64,000 nt of DNA. Origin: Opitutia bacterium. GTDB taxonomy: Bacteria; Verrucomicrobiota; Verrucomicrobiia; Opitutales; T3Sed10-336. The stretch covers positions 5,313-69,312 of the forward strand of contig PXBO01000068.1 in assembly GCA_003566885.1 (NCBI GenBank), given 5' to 3'. The notes under the pieces are model-generated. The model saw only the letters and a list, made by a program, of their open reading frames with translations, made no database searches and was not told where the DNA came from. Position numbers and translations under genes: made by a program. This document shows positions 1 through 8,821 of the stretch, one piece after another. Every line of letters begins with the position of its first letter. Within the stretch, counting starts at the first letter, position 1.

Positions 1-88
1 TCATCGGGCGGAAAAGTAACCCTCCGAGAGCTTCTCGACGAGATCTTTTTGTAGGCAGACCCGACGGAACGTGTCCAGTGCACGGCGG

Positions 89-119
89 CCGTCCTCACGC
101 GGGTTTCGCGTGAGGACGG
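89..119. terminator. Stem-loop between convergent reading frames (candidate bidirectional terminator)
   Basis: Perfect 13-bp inverted repeat CCGTCCTCACGCG / CGCGTGAGGACGG with a 5-nt loop. It lies between the stop of the minus-strand GH51 gene (163) and an open plus-strand frame that enters from the window edge and stops at 52-54. There is no clean U-tract on either side. Confidence 0.45.
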
Positions 120-162
120 GGCGCGGCGAATTTATCTTCGATCACGGAAAACCAGGCCGGGT

Positions 163-2577
163 TTACCGGAGCCTAACCTTGTAGAGGTTGATGCTGACGG
201 GCTTTACCGTAACCGGCTCGTTCAGGTCGGTCTCGGGCAGGGATTCGATTCCGATCAACGGTTCTTCGCCCGGATGGTTGTGGGCCATCGGGTTTTCGTG
301 GTGGATGGTCCATCCGGCGGCGTGCCCGTCGGGACGCAGACCGTTGAGGTCGAGTGAGACCTCGTAGGTGTTCCAGGTGCTGTTTACTACGCCGATGGTC
401 AGCCATATCCCGTCGTCACAGAGCGCGGCGGCGATGTCGAGTTCGTCGCTGCTTCCGTCGACCTCCAGCGGGCGGGTGCCGAACTCCCGGCGGTAAAGGA
501 TCAGCGGATACGCGGTGGCATCGAATTCGACGGCGGTTTTCGTGGTTTTGATCGCGCCGATCACGTTCACGGTCTGGGCGTAGTAGGCGCTGTGGATGAT
601 ATCCGACTGGCGGAAGTACTCGTGCAGGCCTGCGGCGATGCCCAGGGCGTCCCTCATGAAGTAACGGGTGCCGAGTTCCCCGAACACGTGCGGACCATAC
701 CAGTAATTCCACTCGGTCATGGCGATGCGAATGTCTTTTCCTTCGAGCTGCGGCATCTCCTCGCGGAGTCGGCGGTGGGCATCGGAACGGCTGCGAATGA
801 AGTTGGGCACCTGGCGCACGTGCGCCGTCAGGTCGTCCCGGCTTTGGGCGTAAAAATGCTCCGCGATCAGGTCCATGTGGTCGGCCGATCCTCGCAGAAG
901 CCCTTCCGACCAACCCCCGGGAATGTTGCCCGAGCCGACGGTGACGATGCCGGGGTCCACTTCACGCATCATTGACTCGACCCAATTGTGTTTCTGAACG
1001 TAGTGGTTGAGCGACATGTAGCCCAATTGCCAGGTGCCCCACATTTCGTTGCCCACGCACCAGTACTTGACATCGAAGGGTTCCGGACTGCCGTTCATGG
1101 CGCGTAGCCGGCCCTGCTCGCTCCTGCGGTCGCCATTGGCGTATTCGAGCTGCGCGGCGGCCGAATAGGCGTCGCCGAAACCGGTGTTCACCGTAATCAT
1201 CGGCTCGGCGTCGATCAGTTGGCATAGCCTCACGAACTCATGCATCCCCATGTCGTTCGGTTCGATGCCGGTCCAGGCGGGATTGCTGCGTGTCGGCCGG
1301 CGATCCCGTTCTCCCAGACCATCGCGCCAGTCGTAGCCGCTGACAAAGTTGCCGCCGGGCCACCGGTAGATCGGGCTATTCAGCTCGCGCAGGGCTTCCA
1401 GCGTATCGCGGCGGAAGCCTTCAATGTTATCCGCGGGCATCAGGGAGACCACGTCGACGACGATTTCGCCCTGGCCGCCCAGGGCGACAATTTCCAGGCG
1501 GGCTTCATGGGTGTCGGCGCCCGCGGTGAAGCGCAGGGGCGTAGTGACGTGGGTCGTGTGAAGGCGGTCGACGACCACGGTGTGACGGTCGTTCGGTCCG
1601 TCTCCCCATACCAGGCTGATCTCGACCGGTGCAGCAGAAGCGCTCCCGCGGAGCACGATATGGCCGGCGTAATCCTTGCCGCTGAGGACCCCGAGTTCCT
1701 CCTGGAAGATTCCTCCCGGTTCACCGCTCAACTCAATGCTGGGACTGTGATTGCCGGAATAGGCGTGATCTGTGGTCATTCGGACGTTATCGCGAGGACC
1801 GATCACCTGCCAGGGAGAGGCGGCGAGCACACGCGCGCCGGCGCCGGTGGTCCGCCAGATGGAGCGTGGAGCGGGAACCGGGTAATAGAACTTCCGGTCC
1901 TGGAGCATTTCCGCCCAGATGCCGCCATAAATGCATTCGCCGAGGTGTTCGATGAATTGGCCGTAGATATATTCCGAAATCTGGTGTGCGGCCGGTTCGG
2001 AAGCGACGGAAACCGCGGCCTGAAGGGTTTCTCCACCGGGCTCGAAACGATCGATCACCTCCAGGCTAAGGTCGTCGAACCAGGCTGTCCCAGTGGCCTG
2101 ACCCCAACCGCCGAACAAAGCGTTGATCTGAACCTCCTGCCGGTTTAGCGAGGTAAATTCGACCTCGACACGAGTCCAGTCGCGGGTGCCCCTCAGTGCA
2201 CGCGTTTCGGCTCCCTCGAATGTGTGGATGTTCAACAGGGCGCCCCGTCCGTTACCGGGACCTTGCTCGACGTTTTCGGTTCGAACCCACCCGCTGAGGC
2301 GCAGACGCGTCATAGCCGGAACTTCCACGGTCTGCGTCCAGGCAGCGTCGCTTCCGGATGCCGATGAGATCTTGACCGCCGCCCCGGTTCTCCCCTCGGA
2401 ATCGATCGAGAATTCGGCGGACCCGGCGAACGTCTGGGTTCCCCAGGCGCGGGGTTCGCCATCGCGCAGTGAGTCAAAGCCCCCGTTGCGCAGCAGGTTT
2501 TGCGCCTCCAGGGCCAGTCCCGTCGCCAAGTATATTATTGTCAGGATGCTGAATACTCCGATCCGTACGATATTCAT
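163..2577 (-). CDS. Secreted GH51-type alpha-L-arabinofuranosidase with an N-terminal CBM4/9-like carbohydrate-binding module
   Basis: 804-aa ORF with an ATG start and a signal-peptide-like N-terminus. GH51 hallmarks are present: YGQFIEHLGECIYGGIW, RWPGGNFVSGYDWRDGLG, the acid/base motif WCVGNEMWG and the nucleophile region AMTEWNYW. The N-terminal NLLRNGGFD...W segment looks like a CBM. Confidence 0.85.
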   Translation of the reverse strand: MNIVRIGVFSILTIIYLATGLALEAQNLLRNGGFDSLRDGEPRAWGTQTFAGSAEFSIDSEGRTGAAVKISSASGSDAAWTQTVEVPAMTRLRLSGWVRTENVEQGPGNGRGALLNIHTFEGAETRALRGTRDWTRVEVEFTSLNRQEVQINALFGGWGQATGTAWFDDLSLEVIDRFEPGGETLQAAVSVASEPAAHQISEYIYGQFIEHLGECIYGGIWAEMLQDRKFYYPVPAPRSIWRTTGAGARVLAASPWQVIGPRDNVRMTTDHAYSGNHSPSIELSGEPGGIFQEELGVLSGKDYAGHIVLRGSASAAPVEISLVWGDGPNDRHTVVVDRLHTTHVTTPLRFTAGADTHEARLEIVALGGQGEIVVDVVSLMPADNIEGFRRDTLEALRELNSPIYRWPGGNFVSGYDWRDGLGERDRRPTRSNPAWTGIEPNDMGMHEFVRLCQLIDAEPMITVNTGFGDAYSAAAQLEYANGDRRSEQGRLRAMNGSPEPFDVKYWCVGNEMWGTWQLGYMSLNHYVQKHNWVESMMREVDPGIVTVGSGNIPGGWSEGLLRGSADHMDLIAEHFYAQSRDDLTAHVRQVPNFIRSRSDAHRRLREEMPQLEGKDIRIAMTEWNYWYGPHVFGELGTRYFMRDALGIAAGLHEYFRQSDIIHSAYYAQTVNVIGAIKTTKTAVEFDATAYPLILYRREFGTRPLEVDGSSDELDIAAALCDDGIWLTIGVVNSTWNTYEVSLDLNGLRPDGHAAGWTIHHENPMAHNHPGEEPLIGIESLPETDLNEPVTVKPVSINLYKVRLR

Positions 2578-3148
2578 CTTCGATTCTCCGTGTTGGTGGT
2601 TCAGTTTTCGTCATCATCCGGCGAAGGCCAGGCCCCGCGTTTCCGACGTTATCCGATTCGGCCGGCACACAGGCGGACTCCATGAGGCGTTATTCCGCGG
2701 GGGGCGGGCTCGTGCTCCATTGAACGAGTAAGCCGGTATGCGCGACATTGCGATCGGATTGCTGTTAACGGTATCAGCGGATCTGATTTTAAGCTACCCG
2801 TTATTTGGCAATTTCTGATGCCTGATTGACCGATTGCGGGTAAATAGTCGTTTAAAAAGAGCGGCGCTGCGCTCAACGAGAACAGCGTGATTCAAGGAAC
2901 CGTTCAATTTGCCGTCAGCCCGGTCTTCCCGGAAGGTTCACAGGGCGTATTGCCAGTAGGCTTCGTCCCGAAATACGTGGCGCCTGTGACTGTCATATGA
3001 ACGCTGTGTTTACCAAACGCCTTCGGCCTGAAATCAATCCTTTACATTCGGCAGGGGTTCGGGAGAATTCCGCTGGTTCACCACATCACATTAGAGGTTT
3101 CGAAGCAGGGCTCCGGGGTCCTTCTTCCATTTACACAAGGACGTTTGT

Positions 3149-4903
3149 ATGGGAATGCTAAGCACAGTTGATTGGTTTGTCATTGCCTTGTATTTCGCGG
3201 TGATTCTCACCCTGGCCGTTTGGGTCATCAAGAAGCAGAAGGAAAATCCCACGGACTTCTTCTTAGCCGGCCGGCATCTTCCCTGGTTTATTCTCGGCCC
3301 TTCGATTTTCGCTTCCAACATCGGTTCCGAGCATTTGGTCGGCCTGGCGGGATCGGGAGCGACGGACGGTGTGGCCATGGCGCACTACGAGCTTCATGCC
3401 TGGTGTCTGCTGGTGCTTGGCTGGGTAATGATTCCCTTTTACGTGCGTTCAAGGGTGTTCACCATGCCGGAGTTTCTGGAGAAGCGCTTTTCACCGGTGG
3501 CCCGCACCATTCTTTCTTGCGTGTCGCTGGTAGCTTATGTCCTGACCAAAATCGCGGTGGGTATTTTTTCCGGCGGGATTGTTTTCAGCGCGCTGTTGCC
3601 GGAAGTCTCCTTTATGGGACTGAACAGCTTTTGGGTCGGTTCGATTCTGGTGCTCTTTTGTACCGGGATTTATACGGCGGCCGGAGGGTTGCGTGCGGTC
3701 GCCTACACGGAATCGTTGCAGGCCCTGATCCTGATACTCGGATCGATGTTGGTGCTGATTTACGGCCTGAAGGCAATCGGCGGCTGGGGGCCGCTTTATG
3801 ATATCGCGGGTTCCGACATGTTCAATTTGTGGAAGCCAATGGTGCCGGAGGGAGTCGAATCCACCTGGGCTCCGGTGAAGGAGGAGGGGATAATGGCTTG
3901 GTATTTTAATACCAATTACCCCTGGCTTGGCATGCTCTTTGCGGCTCCGGTGGTGGGCTTGTGGTACTGGACGACCGATCAGTACATCGTCATGCGAACG
4001 CTGGGAGCCAAGAACGAACAACACGCCCGCCGGGGCAGCATTCTTGCCGGCTTTCTCAAGCTGTTTCCCGTTTTCATCTTCATCATTCCCGGAATCATCG
4101 CCTATGCCCTGGCGGAATCCGGCGCGGTGCCGGAAATGCAGGCGGCGTTGATCGGTGAAGACGGTGAATTGATGACCGATGCCGCCCAGGGGGCGTTTCC
4201 CCTGATGGTGGCCCACGTGCTGCCGCTCGGGGTGCGAGGGATCGTGGTGGCCGGATTGTTGGCCGCCCTGATGAGTTCCCTGGCGGGCGTATTCCACGCC
4301 TCGTCCACGCTCTTCACCATGGACCTGTACCAGCGGCTGAAGCCGCACGCCACCGGCAAACAACTGGTGTGGACCGGCCGTTTCGTCACCGGCACCATGA
4401 TCCTGATCGGCCTCGCCTGGATCCCGGTCATTCAGGGCAGTCGCGGTCTCTACCACTACCTGCAGGGCGTGCAGGCCTACCTCGCTCCGCCGATCTTCGT
4501 GGTATTTTTCCTCGGGATTTTCAGCAAGCGCCTCAACAAGGAAGGCTGTCTGGCGGCGTTGCTTATCGGCTTTTTCCTGGGGGTTTTCCGTCTGGCGGTG
4601 GACACTCCACTCGCTCTGGGGGACGATTTCAGTTACGCGGAAGGATCGTTCCTTTGGATTATCAGTAATATATTCTTCCAGTACTACAGCCTGGGAATTT
4701 TCCTGGTGTGTGTCGTAGTCATGGTGGCGGTGAGCTACATGACGGCACCGCCCGATTACCAGAAGATCTCCGGTCTGACCTTCGGCACCGTGACCAAGGA
4801 TCACCGGACCACATCCCGTTCGAGTTGGGACTGGCGGGATGTGGCCAGCTCCGTGTTGCTGGTGGTAATCATTATAGTGATTTACCTCAGCTTTCGAGGC
4901 TAG
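3149..4903 (+). CDS. Sodium:solute symporter family (SGLT-like) sugar transporter
   Basis: 584-aa polytopic membrane protein. The N-terminus DWFVIALYF...DFFLAGRHLPWF..GPSIFASNIGSEHLVGLAG is typical of the SSF/SGLT family. It sits beside galM and a GH51 gene. Confidence 0.9.
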   Translation: MGMLSTVDWFVIALYFAVILTLAVWVIKKQKENPTDFFLAGRHLPWFILGPSIFASNIGSEHLVGLAGSGATDGVAMAHYELHAWCLLVLGWVMIPFYVRSRVFTMPEFLEKRFSPVARTILSCVSLVAYVLTKIAVGIFSGGIVFSALLPEVSFMGLNSFWVGSILVLFCTGIYTAAGGLRAVAYTESLQALILILGSMLVLIYGLKAIGGWGPLYDIAGSDMFNLWKPMVPEGVESTWAPVKEEGIMAWYFNTNYPWLGMLFAAPVVGLWYWTTDQYIVMRTLGAKNEQHARRGSILAGFLKLFPVFIFIIPGIIAYALAESGAVPEMQAALIGEDGELMTDAAQGAFPLMVAHVLPLGVRGIVVAGLLAALMSSLAGVFHASSTLFTMDLYQRLKPHATGKQLVWTGRFVTGTMILIGLAWIPVIQGSRGLYHYLQGVQAYLAPPIFVVFFLGIFSKRLNKEGCLAALLIGFFLGVFRLAVDTPLALGDDFSYAEGSFLWIISNIFFQYYSLGIFLVCVVVMVAVSYMTAPPDYQKISGLTFGTVTKDHRTTSRSSWDWRDVASSVLLVVIIIVIYLSFRG

Positions 4904-5070
4904 GGATTACGGGTGCTAATTCACAAGCCGGGTGGATCAAATACTGGAATTATATCCGGAATCGACATTGAAATTGGGGAGGACGTTATGAACAATGCCA
5001 TCGGCGGTTGAAGCCGTTATCCATCAAAGGTATTTTAATAGCGACATTCGAGACAAACCGTGAACATGAT

Positions 5071-6186
5071 ATGAAACAGAAAATCGTTTTTTTAATGGCT
5101 ATGGCAATAGGTTCCTTATCAGTGGCTGCGGCGACGCCTGAAAATATTTCCGTTGAAGACTGGGGTGTTTTCAATGGTCAACAGGTGAAGCTGTACACCC
5201 TTGAAAATGAGAACGGACTGAAAATGCGGGTGACCAACTTCGGTTGCATTATCACCGAGCTTCACGTTCCGGATCGCGACGGCAACATGGCTGACATCGT
5301 GCTGGGACACGACAACCTGCATGCCTACATTGCCGGACACCCCTATTTCGGGGCCATAGTGGGGCGTTTCGCCAATCGGATCGATGGGGGGCGCTTCGAG
5401 CTGGACGGCAAGGCCTACCAGCTTCCTTTGAACGATGGGGCGAATCACCTGCACGGGGGCGTCAATGGATTCGATCGGCAGGTTTGGAACGCGACTCCGA
5501 TGAACACCCCGGACGGACCCGCGATTCGTTTTCAACGGGTCTCACCCGACGGAGAAGAGGGGTATCCGGGCAATCTCGACATGGCGGTGGTGTACACCTT
5601 GACCAATGACGACGAACTGAAAACCGAAATGGTTGCCACCACGGATGCGCCCACGATCGTCAATCTCGCCCAGCACAACTATTGGAATCTGGCCGGCCAT
5701 GACTCGGGGCCCATTACCGATCATGTCTTCCACATCAACGCGCCTTATTTCACACCGGCGTCGGAAAACCTGATTCCGACCGGCGAGTTCGCTTCGGTGG
5801 AAGGCACGCCGTTTGATTTCACCGAGCCAAGGGCGGCCGGTGACCGCATTGGAGATATCGACGCGGCTATCGGCGGTTACGATCACAACTTCGTCCTGGC
5901 CGGGGAAGGCGACGAATACCGTCTTGCGGCACGCGTCAGCGAACCTACATCCGGGCGGGTCATGACTTTGCACACCAACCAGCCGGGAATCCAGTTTTAT
6001 TCCGGCAATTTTCTCGACGGAAGCGACGTCGGAAAAGGCGGTGTGGCCTACGAACGGTACACGGGATTCTGCCTGGAAACCCAGCATTTCCCGGATTCGA
6101 TCAATAACCCGGACTGGCCATCGGTGATCCTGCGTCCCGGACAGGCCTATTACCACTTGATGGTTTCCAAATTCACTACGGAGTAA
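5071..6186 (+). CDS. galM: Aldose 1-epimerase (galactose mutarotase), secreted form
   Basis: Motifs are FGAIVGRFANRI, DGANHLHGG, GYPGNL and FCLETQHFPDS. I chose the internal ATG at 5071 (MKQKIVFLMAMAIGSLSVAAA signal peptide) rather than the track start at 5008. Confidence 0.9.
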   Translation: MKQKIVFLMAMAIGSLSVAAATPENISVEDWGVFNGQQVKLYTLENENGLKMRVTNFGCIITELHVPDRDGNMADIVLGHDNLHAYIAGHPYFGAIVGRFANRIDGGRFELDGKAYQLPLNDGANHLHGGVNGFDRQVWNATPMNTPDGPAIRFQRVSPDGEEGYPGNLDMAVVYTLTNDDELKTEMVATTDAPTIVNLAQHNYWNLAGHDSGPITDHVFHINAPYFTPASENLIPTGEFASVEGTPFDFTEPRAAGDRIGDIDAAIGGYDHNFVLAGEGDEYRLAARVSEPTSGRVMTLHTNQPGIQFYSGNFLDGSDVGKGGVAYERYTGFCLETQHFPDSINNPDWPSVILRPGQAYYHLMVSKFTTE

Positions 6187-6192
6187 ATTGAG

Positions 6193-6825
6193 TTGAAGCC
6201 GGCGGTCAAGGTGTGCGGTCTGACTTCGGCTGCGGATGCTTGTGCGGCGAGTGAAGCCGGGGCGGATTACCTCGGCTTCATCTTTTTCCCGAAATCGGGG
6301 CGGGCATTGACCCTGGAAAAGTTTCAGGAAATGCGCGGCTCCCTGCCGGCGAAACCGTGGGTTTACGTACAGGTGGAGCCGGACCCCTGCGAGTTGCGCC
6401 GAGCGGTGGAAGAAGGGTTTTCGTTGGTCCAGGTCCATTGCCCAGCGGCAACGGTGGAAGAGTCGTTGCCCGGTTGGCTGGACGCGGTCGGGCGTGAACG
6501 ATTATGGCTGGCCGTCAAACGACCGCCGGAGGAGCCCATCCCCCCGGTTTGCCTGGAGCGGGTGGATACTTTCCTGATCGATACGTGCCGTCCCGGTGTT
6601 TTCGGCGGGACCGGAGAAACCGGGGACTGGGGGGCTTTCAGTCAGTTGGCGACGGAGTACCCGGATAAAAACTGGGTACTGGCGGGTGGATTGAATCCCG
6701 ACAATCTGCGCGAGGCGGTGCGGCGGTCAGGCGCCCGCATCGTCGATGTGGGAAGCGGGGTAGAATCCGAGCCCGGCCGAAAAGACAGGCTGCGTCTACA
6801 GGCGCTGTTCGCCGCGCTTGATTGA
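6193..6825 (+). CDS. trpF: Phosphoribosylanthranilate isomerase
   Basis: 210 aa with a TTG start. VKVCGLTSAADACAASEAGADYLGFIFFPKS and the C-terminal GGLNPDNL / VDVGSGVE are PRAI signatures. It begins 6 nt after the galM stop. Confidence 0.85.
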   Translation: MKPAVKVCGLTSAADACAASEAGADYLGFIFFPKSGRALTLEKFQEMRGSLPAKPWVYVQVEPDPCELRRAVEEGFSLVQVHCPAATVEESLPGWLDAVGRERLWLAVKRPPEEPIPPVCLERVDTFLIDTCRPGVFGGTGETGDWGAFSQLATEYPDKNWVLAGGLNPDNLREAVRRSGARIVDVGSGVESEPGRKDRLRLQALFAALD

Positions 6826-6835
6826 GGCCTCGCCG

Positions 6836-7084
6836 TTACTGTTTTTCGTACTCGCCGGAGGAAATCTTCTTGAGCACCGTGAAGCCGGCTGCCTTGGCTT
6901 CTCGGATTGACGGTTTACGGGCGGATTGCGGCGAGGAGACCGAGTCGGGGAGCAGAGGCGTCACTGCCTGTCCACACTTGTGACAGTGCGACAGGCGGGT
7001 GTCGGCGGCGCTTTCCCTTCGTTCGAACCCGTTTCCGCAAAGGCGGCAGGGAACCTTGTGCGGTCGATAGAAAACCAGCGGCAT
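6836..7084 (-). CDS. FmdB/CxxC_CxxC_SSSS-type zinc-ribbon protein
   Basis: Starting at the internal ATG gives MPLVFYR..CRLCGNGFE....CHKCG, two CxxC pairs in a short protein. This start lies 10 nt downstream of the stop of the preceding minus-strand gene. The longer track ORF to 7147 would overlap that gene. Confidence 0.6.
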   Translation of the reverse strand: MPLVFYRPHKVPCRLCGNGFERRESAADTRLSHCHKCGQAVTPLLPDSVSSPQSARKPSIREAKAAGFTVLKKISSGEYEKQ

Positions 7085-7094
7085 GATCTTGCGT

Positions 7095-8753
7095 TTAGCG
7101 TACCGCCCGGGTCTCCCGCGGCATGGCCCGCTGCTGAATTTCATCAAGGGAAAACTGCTCCATGATACTGGCCGAGAAGTATCGCGATTGATCCAGGTTC
7201 TGGGTGTACTCCGGTCCGGTTTCGTCCACTTCCGGAACCGTGCGACTCACCACGTGAACGAAATGCGCCCGGCTGTTCTCCTGAATCATGCGTGAAACCT
7301 GCCCCTGACGAAGCTCGGCGAGGCGTCCGAGGACCACGCGGGGCAGGTCTTCCGGCTGGTCCATCATGGTGAACGGCCCGTACTCGGTGACCACCATTTC
7401 CAGCTCTTCCGCCGCGTCGATGAAACTCATGTCTTCGGCCAGGCGTTCGTTCAGGGTTTCGTAAAGTTGGTTGCCTCGTTCGGCCCGAAGGCGACGACGC
7501 TCCTCTTCGCGGTAATCCGCGGCTACCCGGTCCCGAACTTCATCGAATGGCGGAATGTAAGCGGGAACGATTTCGTCGAGAAAAACCACCACCACATTTC
7601 CCTGATGATCCCGAGGATCGGAGAAATAACGCTGTTCGTCCAGTCGCCGGATGTCTCGAATTATCGCGTCGGAGAAAGTCGGGCTCGCCGGACGACCTCC
7701 CTCTGGAAACGGAGCGACCCGGTTGCGTTCGAGATTCTGTTCCTCCAGGAGCGCGGCCAATTCGGGGGAATCCTGTCCCACCTGTTGCTCGAAGAGCGAG
7801 AAGGTGAAGTCCGAAGCGACTTCGCGGGCCATTCGGCGCGCTGCGTTTCGTCTGAGGATGCCCTCGATTTCTTCGCTTACGTCCTCGAATTGAACTTCAC
7901 GCGGTTCGGCGTTTTCATCTTCCTCGTCATTTTCGACTTCGGTGACCTCGGGAAGCGCGAAATCGTCCCGGTTGGCTTCGAAGTAAGCACGCATAGCGTC
8001 TTCCGAGGGGCTCTCTACCTGGTCGACAAAGCGGTCGATCTCAAAGGTGGCAAATGAAATGACCTTGTGAGGCGGCACCTCGTAGCGGAAGTCGTTGTTT
8101 TCGAAGAACGTTTCCAAAGCATCCTCCTCGGGTTCGATCTCCACGTCCAGGTCGGTGATCTGCAGAGAGGCCAATTCGAGGGTCCACTCCGTTTTTTGGC
8201 GCGCCACCTGTCGTTTGACGTCGGAAGGAAGGGCGAAGCCGGGGCCGCCCAACAGGACGCGAACCTGATTCGCGATATAGTCCTCTTCCAGCACCCGGAC
8301 CAGGTCGACCCGGCTGATTCTCGGGTCCGAATCCACGTAATCGAGGTACTCCTGATAGGCCTGCTGATCAAAGGTTCCCCTCGGACCACTGAAACCGGGC
8401 AAAGTGGAAATGAAGCGCTGAAGTTCGGGGGCGTCGGGAATCGGCAGACCCATCTCGCGGCCGGTGCCCAGCAGCGCCAGCCTTTCAAAGGCATAACGCT
8501 GCAGTTGTTCGCCCGCGTCGCGCCCGTAGTTGATGTAAAAACTGATGCTGGCGAGCCGAACGATTTCCTGCTGGTCGCTTTGCGAGCGCAGATTATAGCC
8601 GAAATATTCCTGCGGTTCTCCGCGATCTCCAGCCCGTCCCATGCCGGGAGCTTCGCCGACGGTGAAGACAAACGCCACGATGACGATGACTAGAACGAGA
8701 AAAAAGAGAATTTTGTAGCCGGTTTGAAAACGGGTCTGAATCCAGGTGATCAT
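7095..8753 (-). CDS. PpiD/SurA-N-terminal-domain-like periplasmic chaperone (membrane anchored)
   Basis: 552 aa. The N-terminus MITWIQTRFQTGYKILFFLVLVIVIVAFVF is a PpiD-style single TM anchor, followed by an acidic helical periplasmic region. I found no clear parvulin motif, so the call is family-level only. Confidence 0.5.
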   Translation of the reverse strand: MITWIQTRFQTGYKILFFLVLVIVIVAFVFTVGEAPGMGRAGDRGEPQEYFGYNLRSQSDQQEIVRLASISFYINYGRDAGEQLQRYAFERLALLGTGREMGLPIPDAPELQRFISTLPGFSGPRGTFDQQAYQEYLDYVDSDPRISRVDLVRVLEEDYIANQVRVLLGGPGFALPSDVKRQVARQKTEWTLELASLQITDLDVEIEPEEDALETFFENNDFRYEVPPHKVISFATFEIDRFVDQVESPSEDAMRAYFEANRDDFALPEVTEVENDEEDENAEPREVQFEDVSEEIEGILRRNAARRMAREVASDFTFSLFEQQVGQDSPELAALLEEQNLERNRVAPFPEGGRPASPTFSDAIIRDIRRLDEQRYFSDPRDHQGNVVVVFLDEIVPAYIPPFDEVRDRVAADYREEERRRLRAERGNQLYETLNERLAEDMSFIDAAEELEMVVTEYGPFTMMDQPEDLPRVVLGRLAELRQGQVSRMIQENSRAHFVHVVSRTVPEVDETGPEYTQNLDQSRYFSASIMEQFSLDEIQQRAMPRETRAVR

Positions 8754-8821
8754 AGTATTAGGAAAACAGTGTCGAGGCGTTTGTGTAAAGGTACATCAAT
8801 GTATTTCCGGTCCCGCCGGTG

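Noticed and set aside
1240-2148. 302-aa plus-strand ORF
   Set aside because: Antisense to the GH51 gene. The composition is low-complexity Ala/Gly/Arg/Val and there are no family motifs.
2851-2874. Small hairpin GAGCG-GCGCTG-CGCTC preceded by TTTAAAAA (T5 on the minus strand) in the GH51/SSF divergent region
   Set aside because: The stem is only 5 bp and no upstream minus-strand gene would need terminating. This is too weak to call a terminator or attenuator.
3491-4804. 437-aa minus-strand ORF
   Set aside because: Antisense to the SSF transporter. It is Arg/Gly/His/Gln-rich and not membrane-like or motif-bearing.
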